Source of the DNA: Nitrospinaceae bacterium
GTDB lineage: Bacteria > Nitrospinota > Nitrospinia > Nitrospinales > Nitrospinaceae
Reading direction: 5' to 3'
Assembly (NCBI GenBank): GCA_965223665.1
Contig: OZ245011.1
Span: 1,728,001 to 1,792,000 of the forward strand
Length of the DNA: 64,000 nucleotides
Part shown: positions 1 to 9,515 of the stretch, piece by piece
How positions within the stretch are numbered: position 1 is the stretch's first letter
Layout of the letters: every line of letters begins with the position of its first letter
Translations under genes and position numbers: made by a program
The notes under the pieces: generated by a model
Database searches by the model: none
Told to the model about the DNA's origin: nothing
What the model saw: only the letters and a program-made list of their open reading frames with translations

Positions 1-3000
1 TGATTTTCACCCAAGGTATTTCTATCACTCGCTAAGGCCTTTTCGAAATAAGCAATGGCCTTGTCATAATCCCCTCTTTCATACGCCGTGGTCCCTAACT
101 TGCTCCACGTTTGGGAATTCTCTTTCGCAGGAGCCTTTTCCTGTGGGATGGGTCGTGGTGCTTTGCTGTCCTGTTGTTGCTGGGCCGGTGATAATTGTCT
201 TTGTTCTAAATCCAACGGTTCCTGTTGTTGCGGTTCCGGCGGCTCTTCAAAGAAATCGATACTTTGACCCGCGCCGGATTTCAGATCAGGAATCGCTTGT
301 TGTTGATTCTGTTGAGGAATAGGCGGCGCAATATTTCCCTGCCGTTGTTCCTTTAATTGTTCCTGAGGTATCGGCCGTGGTGAATTACTTTGCTGTTGAG
401 GCACCGCCGGTTCTTCTGTTACCTGCGGTGATTCTGTTTCCTGCGCAGGAACGGGAATATTAGAACTCGATTGTTGTCGAACCACTGCTTTGGATCGATT
501 TTTTTGTCTTTGTTGAAATTCCAATAATTCCTTCTTCTTGGATGAAGGAGGAGCTTTTTTTGGATCTGGCGGCGGAGTTTTTCCTTTCTTGGCAAAAGAG
601 AGATTTTTCTTTACCTTGACTATTTGTGGATCATTTTTCTTCAAAGTACTTTGGTATATAGTCAATGCCTTTTCATAATACTCCACGGCTTTATCAAAAT
701 TTCCAAGTAGGTGATAATTTAATCCTATTTCCTCTAAATATAAACCATTTTTAGGATCGATTTTAAATGCATTCTCCATTTCGTTTAAGGCCTTATTAAA
801 TTGTTTTTCCAAACGAAGAATTTTAGATCGAATAAAATAGTCGTCCGCCAACATTTTTTCTTTCTTTAGGTTTACCTCATCTAAAAATGAATTTAGTTTT
901 TCAATTTCACCATTCTCCAAAAGTGTAAAAGCATACTCATAACTTGGATCGGAATAATTTATTGAAATTAGTGACTCTTTTAACTGGTCATATTTTTTTT
1001 TCCATAAGTTTGCCTGCTTTATTTTCTCCTCCAACTCTAAATCATCCCTCAGTATCTCATTGAGCTTTTGAATATTTCTCGGGCTAAGCCCCTTGCATGT
1101 AATAGTAACATTTCCATTGAGGTCAGTTATTACGGGATTGCAATCTCCAAATGTCATTTGCAAAGATTTATTTTTTATAACGGTTAGATCCCAACTTAAT
1201 AATTTACCTGCAGTTTGGCCCAACTCATCAGCAACGACTAAAGTCCAGGTCTTTTCACCCGGGGTAAGGTCAAATTGATTGATATTCAATTCTTTTTCAA
1301 CTTCAATTTTCTTTTCCGCACTTCCTTCTACAAGCGCTTCAGGTGTCTTCTGAGATAACGATCCAAACAAAGAGAGCCTTAACTTTTTTTCTAACGGGTT
1401 TTCCACGGTGGCGCGGACAATGATTTTTTTAATTTCAATGGTGTCCCGGTCTAAGTTCAATTTAATTTTACGGCTCACTACATCCACGGGTTTGCCTTGA
1501 TTAATGAGCGCCTGCAATTTAGCCGGCGTCCAGTTTTCGGTGCCTTTCCAAAAAGCAATCACTGCCACGGCTGTTAAGCCAAAGACCAGCCACGGGCGCA
1601 CGCCGTATCCCGGCAGGCCACGCGAGTAGATGAGCTTTTTCCATCCCGAGGGAACGCCGAACTGTAATTTGTTCGTCGGGTTGCCCATCATGAAGTTGAG
1701 AAACACATACTCGTATTTTTCTTCAACCGTCTGGTCACTTTTGAACAAGCCTTTGAGGTAACTCCAAAACGAAGCCAGCGCTTTCGGTTTTTGGGCCACG
1801 TCCAACCGAATGCCTTCTCGAATTTCTTTGGTGGGATGGTCCAGCAGATTTTTCAGAGTCAGCCGAATCGCCTCTTCTTCTTTTTTCGATAACACGGCAA
1901 TCAAGTGAACGCGAAACTCATCAGGAATGATTCCTCGACGGAACCAGGGCAGTTGACTCAACTTGATCAAGCCTTCTTCGGAAAGCACTCTTTCTCCCTC
2001 AGAATTTTTCAAGTGCGCTCCTATATATAAGGTGAGGTCCCAGGTCACCTCCGGATACACTGCACAGGCGCGCAACCACAGGTACGCATCATCCCCCAGG
2101 TAATATTGCAACACTTCAAACAAGCTTTTGATCCATTTCGTTTCATAATCGGAATCTTTCGCGCGGCGGATGGCTTCTTCGATCAGCTCTATTTCCGGAA
2201 GGAACTTTTCAAAATCCAATACTTCCACTTCCTGCCCGGTTTGCAGATGATTCGACAACAGGCTCAATCCCAGCTTACCGGCGGGGAACAGAGTGAACCC
2301 AAATTCTCTTAACTGTTCCTCGAAGAAACCCCAATTGGAAATATCTTTCGGAGTGAAAAACGTGCGTTCTTCCCAATGCTCAAAATCTTTGAGCCAGGGT
2401 TGCAGTTTTCCGGTGACGGGATGCTGGCATCCGTAACCCTGACTGAACACCAGCAGACGGTGCTCGGGAAACTTGTTCATTAAATCGTAAATGTCATGCG
2501 GAGTCAGTTCGTCTTCATCGCTATAACAATAGCGTGGATCGCTGTTGAAGTAATACGTGTCACAGTGAATGCTCGCCGCCTCCAACGTAGAAACGAGTTG
2601 GAAATAAAAATCGGTAAGAAAGTCCTGCGGATTCGATTGATCCAGCAATATCAAATATTCGGGCAGTGCTTTTTTAGTTCCAAATACAGGAACGAACCGG
2701 CCGGCCTCCTGCGCGGACGCAGCTACTGTTTGGTCGACATTGAGTTCATGAACAGGAACGTCACGATAGTTTCTTAATTTTTGCAAGGTCTCGCGATGCA
2801 GCGGATCGTTGTATAAAAGCTGAGTTTCTCCCTTAACAGAAATGTGTTCCAGCTTCGGTTCAGATTCAGCTTCCTGCCGCTCCAGAATAAAACGCCGTTT
2901 GTACTTACGGTAAAACCACCACAGCAACCAACCCAAGACAGGAATGGATGGCAGGATTCTCAAAATCAATTCATAGTTCACAAAATAAAGTCCAACCAAC

Positions 3001-3581
3001 TCATCCCAAAAATTCGCCGGAGGCGGTGGCGTCGCCGGTTCCGGTTTAAACACCTGACTCTCTCCTGTTTTTGGCGGTGGCGGAGGAGGAGGGTCTGGAG
3101 TCCCAATATCCGGTGGGGGTTTTACAAATTGCGGTTCAATGACAAAAACCCACAGGGCATACAAAGCAGCGACAATTAGAGTCCCGAGGCCCGCGTAATA
3201 CCATTTGGAATGAGTGACGACAATTTCTTCCCCTTCTTTTGCGGGCTCCGCGTGTTTGGAATATTGCAGACACCAGCGGTTGAGGAGTTCCCTGAACTCT
3301 TTCTGTTGTTTCGGATTTGAACAAATAATAGGAGACAGGTAACTGACAAAAATATCCTGGTTGGACTTCACCGATCCTTCGACCAGTTTTCCAGCCGAAG
3401 CCAGGGAGAGACATAGATCCTGAACCGCCAGATACTGGTTCAGGCCAATATTAAAACCGTGCTGCGTTTTTAAATAATCGAGAAACTTTTGAATTTCATT
3501 ATAATCCAAAGAACCGCTCGACTTTGACGAGGCAGGAGAGCTGGATGGTTGAGCTGGATCATCCTGAACAGAATCCGGCAT
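1..3581 (-). CDS. Membrane-anchored divergent vWA protein of a MoxR ternary system, with P-domain-like module, Pro/Gln-rich linker and TPR repeats (partial; runs off the left window edge)
   Basis: Manual translation from ATG 3581 (5 bp after the MoxR stop) stays open to base 1: MPDSVQDD...; two TM helices around a poly-Pro linker; vWA-like PEYLILLDQSNPQD and HRLLVFSQGYG; WLRACAVYPEVTWDLTLYIG; LPWFRRGIIPDEFR; third TM PWLVFGLTAVAVIAFW; KTWTLVVADELGQTAGKLLSWDLTV (P-domain-like); TPRs LGNFDKAVEYYEKALTI and GDYDKAIAYFEKALAS. Not in the ORF track because it has no stop in the window. Confidence 0.85.
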   Translation of the reverse strand, partial: MPDSVQDDPAQPSSSPASSKSSGSLDYNEIQKFLDYLKTQHGFNIGLNQYLAVQDLCLSLASAGKLVEGSVKSNQDIFVSYLSPIICSNPKQQKEFRELLNRWCLQYSKHAEPAKEGEEIVVTHSKWYYAGLGTLIVAALYALWVFVIEPQFVKPPPDIGTPDPPPPPPPKTGESQVFKPEPATPPPPANFWDELVGLYFVNYELILRILPSIPVLGWLLWWFYRKYKRRFILERQEAESEPKLEHISVKGETQLLYNDPLHRETLQKLRNYRDVPVHELNVDQTVAASAQEAGRFVPVFGTKKALPEYLILLDQSNPQDFLTDFYFQLVSTLEAASIHCDTYYFNSDPRYCYSDEDELTPHDIYDLMNKFPEHRLLVFSQGYGCQHPVTGKLQPWLKDFEHWEERTFFTPKDISNWGFFEEQLREFGFTLFPAGKLGLSLLSNHLQTGQEVEVLDFEKFLPEIELIEEAIRRAKDSDYETKWIKSLFEVLQYYLGDDAYLWLRACAVYPEVTWDLTLYIGAHLKNSEGERVLSEEGLIKLSQLPWFRRGIIPDEFRVHLIAVLSKKEEEAIRLTLKNLLDHPTKEIREGIRLDVAQKPKALASFWSYLKGLFKSDQTVEEKYEYVFLNFMMGNPTNKLQFGVPSGWKKLIYSRGLPGYGVRPWLVFGLTAVAVIAFWKGTENWTPAKLQALINQGKPVDVVSRKIKLNLDRDTIEIKKIIVRATVENPLEKKLRLSLFGSLSQKTPEALVEGSAEKKIEVEKELNINQFDLTPGEKTWTLVVADELGQTAGKLLSWDLTVIKNKSLQMTFGDCNPVITDLNGNVTITCKGLSPRNIQKLNEILRDDLELEEKIKQANLWKKKYDQLKESLISINYSDPSYEYAFTLLENGEIEKLNSFLDEVNLKKEKMLADDYFIRSKILRLEKQFNKALNEMENAFKIDPKNGLYLEEIGLNYHLLGNFDKAVEYYEKALTIYQSTLKKNDPQIVKVKKNLSFAKKGKTPPPDPKKAPPSSKKKELLEFQQRQKNRSKAVVRQQSSSNIPVPAQETESPQVTEEPAVPQQQSNSPRPIPQEQLKEQRQGNIAPPIPQQNQQQAIPDLKSGAGQSIDFFEEPPEPQQQEPLDLEQRQLSPAQQQQDSKAPRPIPQEKAPAKENSQTWSKLGTTAYERGDYDKAIAYFEKALASDRNTLGEN

Positions 3582-3586
3582 TGGCG

Positions 3587-4642
3587 TTACCCATTTTTAT
3601 AAAAGGAAGGAAACTTTTCTATAAACTCATCGCTTCGGTTTAAATCATTTTTCGATTTCAGCAGTACCGGCAAAGTTGACTTGATGATTCCAGAATTTTT
3701 TTCCACAATGGGACTCTCCGGTTTTTTGACTTCTATAATTTTATGCAAGGCGATGAGCCAATTCAGCATTTCAGAAGTGGACGGTTTTTTTTCCAGGTTC
3801 ATCGTTTCCCGGAGCATTCTGAAAAATGCCAGAATTTCCAACCAGTAGGGTTCAATGTGCGACCAATGGTGACCAATGCGTTTGCTGACAATTTCTTTAA
3901 GACGTTCATCGCTGGGAAAAGGAATATCATAATAAATACAGCGACGGAGAAACGCATCGGGTAAATGCTTTTCTGAGTTACTGGTCACAATCACGATGGG
4001 TCGGTGCTTATCTAAAGCAGAAAATCGGGTATTGCTCACTTCCGGAATTCTAAAATAGAGTCGATCAATTTCATTAAGAATATCGTTTGGGAAATCGCGG
4101 GGCGCTTTATCGATTTCGTCTATTAACACCAGGGAAGTTTTTCGGTCAATTTTATTGGCGGCGGTTTCCCCAAACCATTTTTTAAGATTTTGATCTTCCG
4201 GATCTGAAGCCTGAATGATCGCCCGGCCCAAAGCCTGAAATTCAATAAAGTCCTTGGCTTCCTGTTTATTGTTACTGTCCTGCGCAGCATGAAACCTTCC
4301 CAACGTGTCATAGGTGTAAAACAGATCGCGCGCCAAAGAAGTCGACTTTACTTCAAACTTTAAGGGATCGCCTAATTCCAGTTTATGCGCGACAAATCTC
4401 GCTAATTCTGTTTTTCCGGTTCCCGGTTCACCGGTGATCAGAAGCGGTTGCCTTAAAAACACTGCCACCTCTACGGCTTCCACCAATCGGTCGTCGGGAA
4501 TATAAAACTCCGGATTTTCCTGAAAGGGAGTAGAAAACTCCGGCAGAGAAACGGTTTTTCTTTGAACGTTTCCCAGACTTTGGCCATCCGGTTTTACCAG
4601 ATCTTTTAAAAATCCCCACTTCATAAGAACAGACTCCTTCAC
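3587..4642 (-). CDS. MoxR-family AAA+ ATPase
   Basis: Walker A GEPGTGKT, Walker B LVLIDEIDKAPRDFPNDIL, IVTSNSEKHLPDAFLRRC, KKPSTSEMLNW; GTG start overlaps the upstream TAG. Confidence 0.93.
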   Translation of the reverse strand: MKESVLMKWGFLKDLVKPDGQSLGNVQRKTVSLPEFSTPFQENPEFYIPDDRLVEAVEVAVFLRQPLLITGEPGTGKTELARFVAHKLELGDPLKFEVKSTSLARDLFYTYDTLGRFHAAQDSNNKQEAKDFIEFQALGRAIIQASDPEDQNLKKWFGETAANKIDRKTSLVLIDEIDKAPRDFPNDILNEIDRLYFRIPEVSNTRFSALDKHRPIVIVTSNSEKHLPDAFLRRCIYYDIPFPSDERLKEIVSKRIGHHWSHIEPYWLEILAFFRMLRETMNLEKKPSTSEMLNWLIALHKIIEVKKPESPIVEKNSGIIKSTLPVLLKSKNDLNRSDEFIEKFPSFYKNG

Positions 4643-5799
4643 TAGGATTTTAAATTTTCATCCAATATTTTATTCAGTGCTAATTTCAGATCTTTCATGG
4701 ACAAATTCTCAACGCCTTGTTGCTCATAAAAACCTTCAATCGAATTGGTTATTTTTATGGCATCCAACTCGATATCATTTTCTACAAAATATTTATTGAA
4801 CCCGGTTTTGTTCACCCACACTTTAGACTCTTCAACATTCACCGGATTCAACATTGGAAAAAAGAATAAGTTGCTTTGGTTGTAACAGTCCGAATTGTTT
4901 TCTTTAATTTTTGGAGAAAGCTTTTCTTCAAAATAACTTTTAATTTGGTCATCCTTTTCTTTAAACTCCAGTCCCAGACCAATGAACACCGGGTGGACAA
5001 AGTTTTTTTCCTGAGCGCGCTTATACCATCGAGACCAAAACCCCACCCAATCCAAAATTAATTTAGATTCCTGTTCCAATGTCTCCACGCTTTTAACCAC
5101 TATACCGCTGTAAAGGAATAACCCTTTTTTCCTTTTTGAAATTTTGTCGTAAAGTGAATCGATCAACGCATCATCTTTGTGAACTGTTTTATCCTCAGCC
5201 CCTGATAAGGATTTTTTATCTGAAGAAGCTTTGCCAAATAATTTACTAAAGAATCCAGGTTTCCTGGTTTTCTTCTTCGAAATATAACTGACGTACTTTT
5301 CAAGTGCTCTTAATAAACATCCATAGCGATCCTGATTCACCGACCCCAGAACCTTGGGCCATTCAATTTGGTCGCATGAATTGTTTTGACTGAACCGGCA
5401 GCGTTGCAGGTCTTCCTCATCCACATAGCCACCTTCAATTAAAATTTGATCATAAAAATAGGTGGTCCAAAAATGCTCATGTTCTTCATTTGAGTTGCCA
5501 TATAAAATGAAAAAATAAGGACCTATATTATTTTTAAAAAATTCTAATGAGAACTGAGATTGGAAATTTTGTTCCTGCACCACGCGATCACAATAATAAG
5601 GAAGATGCGAATAGGAGGGGATTTTTTTATTCGTGGTTGACGGCGGCGCCATTTCATAAGTTTTATAAAAGTTGTTTATAACTTTATCGCCGGCAACTTT
5701 ATCTCCACCGATTTTATCTCCGCCAACAATATCGCCAGCGGCTTTCATATTTCCTAGACTGGCCACATTTTCAGTTTCAGTGGATTCAGTTTGACCCAT
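4642..5799 (-). CDS. Inactive STAND (iSTAND)-like protein with N-terminal GGDK repeats
   Basis: LPYYCDRVVQEQNF...FFILYGNSNEEHEHFW resembles the degenerate P-loop start of iSTAND domains; lies directly upstream of, and translationally coupled to, MoxR and vWA genes. Confidence 0.65.
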   Translation of the reverse strand: MGQTESTETENVASLGNMKAAGDIVGGDKIGGDKVAGDKVINNFYKTYEMAPPSTTNKKIPSYSHLPYYCDRVVQEQNFQSQFSLEFFKNNIGPYFFILYGNSNEEHEHFWTTYFYDQILIEGGYVDEEDLQRCRFSQNNSCDQIEWPKVLGSVNQDRYGCLLRALEKYVSYISKKKTRKPGFFSKLFGKASSDKKSLSGAEDKTVHKDDALIDSLYDKISKRKKGLFLYSGIVVKSVETLEQESKLILDWVGFWSRWYKRAQEKNFVHPVFIGLGLEFKEKDDQIKSYFEEKLSPKIKENNSDCYNQSNLFFFPMLNPVNVEESKVWVNKTGFNKYFVENDIELDAIKITNSIEGFYEQQGVENLSMKDLKLALNKILDENLKS

Positions 5800-6488
5800 G
5801 AGACGCTCTCAAAATACTTGATCACTCTTTAATAAACGCATGCATTCCAGAATATCGGGGACGGCAGATAAGGTAAGCACTTTGTTATTGATGTGGTGAA
5901 GCTTATCTGCCACAAAGCATGAAGCTTCGCCCAAACTCTACTCTTTTCAATGATTTGTTGCAAGCGAAAATGGGTTTGCCTTTGGGGGTAGGTTGGGATC
6001 GGCGAAATATTTACTGGAAACCCTACCCGTTGCGGGTTATTCAACTCGACTGTAGGAACTTACCGGTGGGTCAAACGGTTCCGTCGATTGATGAGCAATT
6101 TGGAAGCTTTTTTAAAAAAATAATGAGAAGGTTCTATTATATATAGAGACACTTACCAAACCCTTGCAATTCTCCCCAGGAAAAAAAGACAACCTCATAC
6201 AGAAAGGTTCTTTCCGAGAAAGGCTCTTCAATGGAATTCAGGTTGACTACCCAAATCTTATTTCCTTCTTCAAAAGAGACAAACTGCCCAATATCTAGCG
6301 TTTCATTAAACATTAAAAATTTTTAATAATTCATTTTATCTGCGGTTTTTCAATGATTATCGATTTTTTTAATTCTTCCAAAATTTTTTTCTCTTGCTGG
6401 GTTTACTCTAAAATTGGTAATCTTTGTCCCATAAGTTTTCAACCTAAATTAGTTGGTCATTTATTTAAATTTTTTCGGGAGGGACATC

Positions 6489-6827
6489 ATGCGTCGATTC
6501 AATTTAATCAGTTTGGTGGGATTAATGGTTTTCTGTTTCAACAGCAGTGCCTGGGCAAGCTCAATGCCTGTTTCAGATTCTGTGACTAAAACCAAAACGG
6601 ACCATTACCTGCTAGTTGCGGACATGGGAAAAAAAATGGAAGCCAAGGCTGAGAAAATGAAAGCGAAAGCTGAAGCCAAACATGAGAAAGCCATGGAAAA
6701 GGCGGATGCAAAACACGAGAAGGCTATGGAAAAGGCCCAGGAAAAACACGACAAAGCCATGGAAAAAGCCGAAGCTAAACAGGAAAAAGCTAAGGAAATG
6801 GGCAAAAAGTTAGGGCATGATAAATAA
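6489..6827 (+). CDS. Secreted small K/E/A/M-rich protein with 11-aa repeats (LEA-like)
   Basis: SD GGGAGGG before ATG 6489; signal peptide ending AWA; repeats AKHEKAMEKA(D/Q/E); followed by a terminator. Confidence 0.8.
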   Translation: MRRFNLISLVGLMVFCFNSSAWASSMPVSDSVTKTKTDHYLLVADMGKKMEAKAEKMKAKAEAKHEKAMEKADAKHEKAMEKAQEKHDKAMEKAEAKQEKAKEMGKKLGHDK

Positions 6828-6854
6828 GCCACTTTAGACTATTCATTTAACTTG

Positions 6855-6887
6855 TAGCTCCTGCCATTCGCAGGAGCTATTTTTTTT
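6855..6887 (+). terminator. Rho-independent terminator
   Basis: TAGCTCCTGC-cattc-GCAGGAGCTA followed by T8. Confidence 0.85.
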
Positions 6888-7100
6888 GGAACTCAATGGG
6901 ACCCATTGATGGGCTCCTGTTATTAATATTGTTTGAATAAAAATTTGCATCCTGGGTTGATTCTTTTTTATACATTTACTCATTCCATTAATTCTAACTC
7001 TATTTCAAAACTGTTTCTCTAATTCTAAAAGTTCCCAACAATCTTTTGGAAAATCGCATTTAAACTTTGAACTGGAAAAGACGGTTGCCTAGCTGCAAAA

Positions 7101-7117
7101 TTGGCATTCTTCTTGCT
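7101..7117 (+). promoter_or_regulatory. Putative sigma54 (-24/-12) promoter
   Basis: TTGGCATTCTTCTTGCT, GG-N10-GC spacing. Confidence 0.55.
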
Positions 7118-7168
7118 CAATATTTTTAGACCAAAAATACTTTTTGGTCCCGGTCTTTGGAGGAGGCA

Positions 7169-7276
7169 ATGCTCAAAATAGTTCAACACTATTTTTTGAT
7201 GCAACTATCCGGCGCTGTAATGCAAAGGATTTCTCTTGCTCCGAAGAAGAATGCCTTGATTGACCTAATTGTATAA
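7169..7276 (+). CDS. Possible 35-aa small ORF
   Basis: GGAGGAGG immediately before ATG 7169 (spacing unusually short); MLKIVQHYFLMQLSGAVMQRISLAPKKNALIDLIV; downstream of the sigma54-like site. Confidence 0.3.
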   Translation: MLKIVQHYFLMQLSGAVMQRISLAPKKNALIDLIV

Positions 7277-7285
7277 GGACTACCC

Positions 7286-7696
7286 ATGAATTTTGTAAGT
7301 GATGGAACCTGGAATTGCATTGCATTGATCATTTCCAGTGAAACTAAATCTGTTGAGGAAATCAGCGAAACCTTAAACACTCCGCCCAGTCGATTTGCAA
7401 TCAAAAACCACCCGGTTAGCCAATCCACTAATGGAACACGGGTGTTTCCGGACAACAAATGGATTCTGGACAGCAGCCTTCCGGATACAGAGATGATGGA
7501 AACGCATATGGAAAAAATGATTTCATTTCTGGGAGAAAAACACGAAGAAGTTTTACAACTCTCCAACGATTGTCAAATTGAAATGCGATGCGCGTTTTCC
7601 GTGGTCAATCGACAAGGAGGCTACGTCCTGGAGTCAACGGTGCTCAAAAAGCTGGCCCAATTCCCACTGAACGTGGTCGTTTCCCTGTACTCGTGA
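7286..7696 (+). CDS. DUF4279-like protein
   Basis: ALIISSETKSVEEISETLNTPPS...W...LKKLAQFPLNVVVSLY pattern; SD AAGGA. Confidence 0.6.
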   Translation: MNFVSDGTWNCIALIISSETKSVEEISETLNTPPSRFAIKNHPVSQSTNGTRVFPDNKWILDSSLPDTEMMETHMEKMISFLGEKHEEVLQLSNDCQIEMRCAFSVVNRQGGYVLESTVLKKLAQFPLNVVVSLYS

Positions 7697-7872
7697 GTGC
7701 TGTTTAAGTTTGCAAACATTATTTCCCTCTGCTCCGAGCCACCCTTTCTCCATGCTTCTATAATATTCACTACACATATCGGCAGATCGATAAAATTAAA
7801 ATTACAGACCCATCCACAAGATTCTCATTCAAATTCACTTAATTTCTTACCAAAATTTTTAAGTTTCGTCTA

Positions 7873-7901
7873 TTGACATAATTTCAGATAGCCCCTAACC
7901 T
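7873..7901 (+). promoter_or_regulatory. Putative sigma70 promoter of the DNRLRE array
   Basis: TTGACA-N17-TAACCT, 30 bp before ATG 7932 with SD GGAGGAGG. Confidence 0.55.
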
Positions 7902-7931
7902 GAGGGAATATAACCTTTTTGGAGGAGGCCC

Positions 7932-9416
7932 ATGAAATTTACCAATTTACTACCAGTATTCCTGATACTGGGTTTCAGCCCCCAGGCGTTTGCCGCAACT
8001 GAGACCATAACTATTGTTGAAGACAGTTACGTCCGTGAAACGTCTCCCAGCAAAAACTATGGTACGGAAACTACCTTAATCGCGGATGGGGTGGCACAAG
8101 ACCCGGATACCGGAACCTACGGTGAAGTGGTCGCCCTCATTCAATGGGACGTTTCTTCCATTCCTGCCAGCGCCACCGTTACCGGGGTTTCAGTTACACT
8201 AAATTATTCCGATGCCAGTGCAGGTCCCTACAACTTTTATGCACAAAATAAAGCTTGGTCAGAAGGCTCTGTTTCCTGGGATGATTTAGATCAAGGCGTT
8301 GATATTTTAGGAACCGTAGATCCCTTTACATTTAATACTGGAACTCATTCCCTGAATGGAGCGGGTATTGCTTTAGTTCAAGGTTGGGTCGATGGTTCCA
8401 TTTCCAATAATGGGCTTCTCCTCCGCAGTAGCGGCACCAATAATGGAATCGTGATGGATTCCAAAGAAGCCGGCGGAACCCCTCCCACATTAGAAATCAC
8501 TTACACCGACGACGGTAGCGAACCTCCTACCATCAATCAACTTCTGACTCGAATTGAACAACTCGAAGCTTTACTCGCTGGTATAAGTCGTAATGGCAAT
8601 GAAATCTATATGGATGGGATTAACTTGAATATCCGAAACGGCCTTGGAGCGACCAATGGGTATCCAGAAAACCCGGATGGTTTTACTCCTGAATATTCCA
8701 GAGTTAATGGACTTGGAAATTTGATCATTGGTTATAATGAACCAATTAATCCCAATAATTTCCCTAAACCTCAACCCACTTCTGATAAGTCCGGTTCTCA
8801 TAATTTGGTAATCGGTCATGGCCATAACTACCCAAGCTACGGCGGTCTGGTCGCAGGACAGGACAACATTATTTCCGGTTCTTATACGAGCGTCAGCGGT
8901 GGTGTTTATAACACCGCTAGTGGGATATTTTCCAGTATCGATGGCGGTGCATTAAATATAACCAGTGGCAGATTATCCAATGTGAGTGGAGGAACTGAAA
9001 ATATTTCCAGTGGGCATTCTTCCAGTGTGAGCGGTGGAAGAAATAATACCGCAAGTGGTATTTGGTCCAGCATTAGCGGTGGAAATCGTAATGTAGCCAA
9101 TGAAGGACATTCCAGTGTGAGCGGTGGAAATAATAATACCGCAAGCGGAGATTATTCCAGCATCAGTGGAGGCCACAATAACACTGCGAGTGGGGGGGCT
9201 TCAAGTGTCAGTGGTGGATCTTTTAATGAAGCGAGTGGAGGAAGTGCCAATATCAGCGGTGGTCTTAGAAATATTGCCAGCGGTGGGAACTCTAGTGTAA
9301 GCGGCGGTGGATATAGCACTGCCAGCGGGTCCACTTCCAGCGTTAGTGGAGGTAATAGCCGGCTCGCACTAAATGCAAGCGACTGGGTGGCAGGAAGTTT
9401 GTTCGAGGACTTTTAA
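7932..9416 (+). CDS. Secreted DNRLRE(CBM96-like)-coiled coil-GG-repeat beta-solenoid protein, copy 1 (11 repeats)
   Basis: Signal peptide (AFA); EDSYVRE..NYG..LIQWDVSSIP..LVQGWVDGS..NNG..DSKE..PTLEITY; heptads INQLLTRIEQLEALL; NGLGNLIIGYNE/GSHNLVIG; 15-aa SSVSGGxxNxASGxx repeats; ends DWVAGSLFEDF. Confidence 0.85.
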   Translation: MKFTNLLPVFLILGFSPQAFAATETITIVEDSYVRETSPSKNYGTETTLIADGVAQDPDTGTYGEVVALIQWDVSSIPASATVTGVSVTLNYSDASAGPYNFYAQNKAWSEGSVSWDDLDQGVDILGTVDPFTFNTGTHSLNGAGIALVQGWVDGSISNNGLLLRSSGTNNGIVMDSKEAGGTPPTLEITYTDDGSEPPTINQLLTRIEQLEALLAGISRNGNEIYMDGINLNIRNGLGATNGYPENPDGFTPEYSRVNGLGNLIIGYNEPINPNNFPKPQPTSDKSGSHNLVIGHGHNYPSYGGLVAGQDNIISGSYTSVSGGVYNTASGIFSSIDGGALNITSGRLSNVSGGTENISSGHSSSVSGGRNNTASGIWSSISGGNRNVANEGHSSVSGGNNNTASGDYSSISGGHNNTASGGASSVSGGSFNEASGGSANISGGLRNIASGGNSSVSGGGYSTASGSTSSVSGGNSRLALNASDWVAGSLFEDF

Positions 9417-9515
9417 ATTCACTGTCAATGAGCAAGTCTGTCTTTCTCTGGATTCGCACATTAAATTTTTTCCATCACTACTCCAACCACGTTTTTAAAA
9501 AAGGAAAAATCACCG

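Noticed and set aside
1093-3414. Short ORFs in the track (1093, 2106, 2496, 2844, 3136)
   Set aside because: Shadows of the long minus-strand vWA-TPR reading frame 3581 to <1.
5860-5990. Possible c-di-GMP-I riboswitch on the minus strand (AAAGGCAAACCC) and a GGCAGATAAG/CTTATCTGCC stem upstream of iSTAND
   Set aside because: No GAAA-capped stem or GACGCAAAGC-type second half at the expected spacing; an Rfam scan would settle it.
7932-9416. Classical trimeric autotransporter adhesin
   Set aside because: No C-terminal four-strand anchor; the repeats run to within ~20 aa of the stop and three paralogs end in D/E/N.
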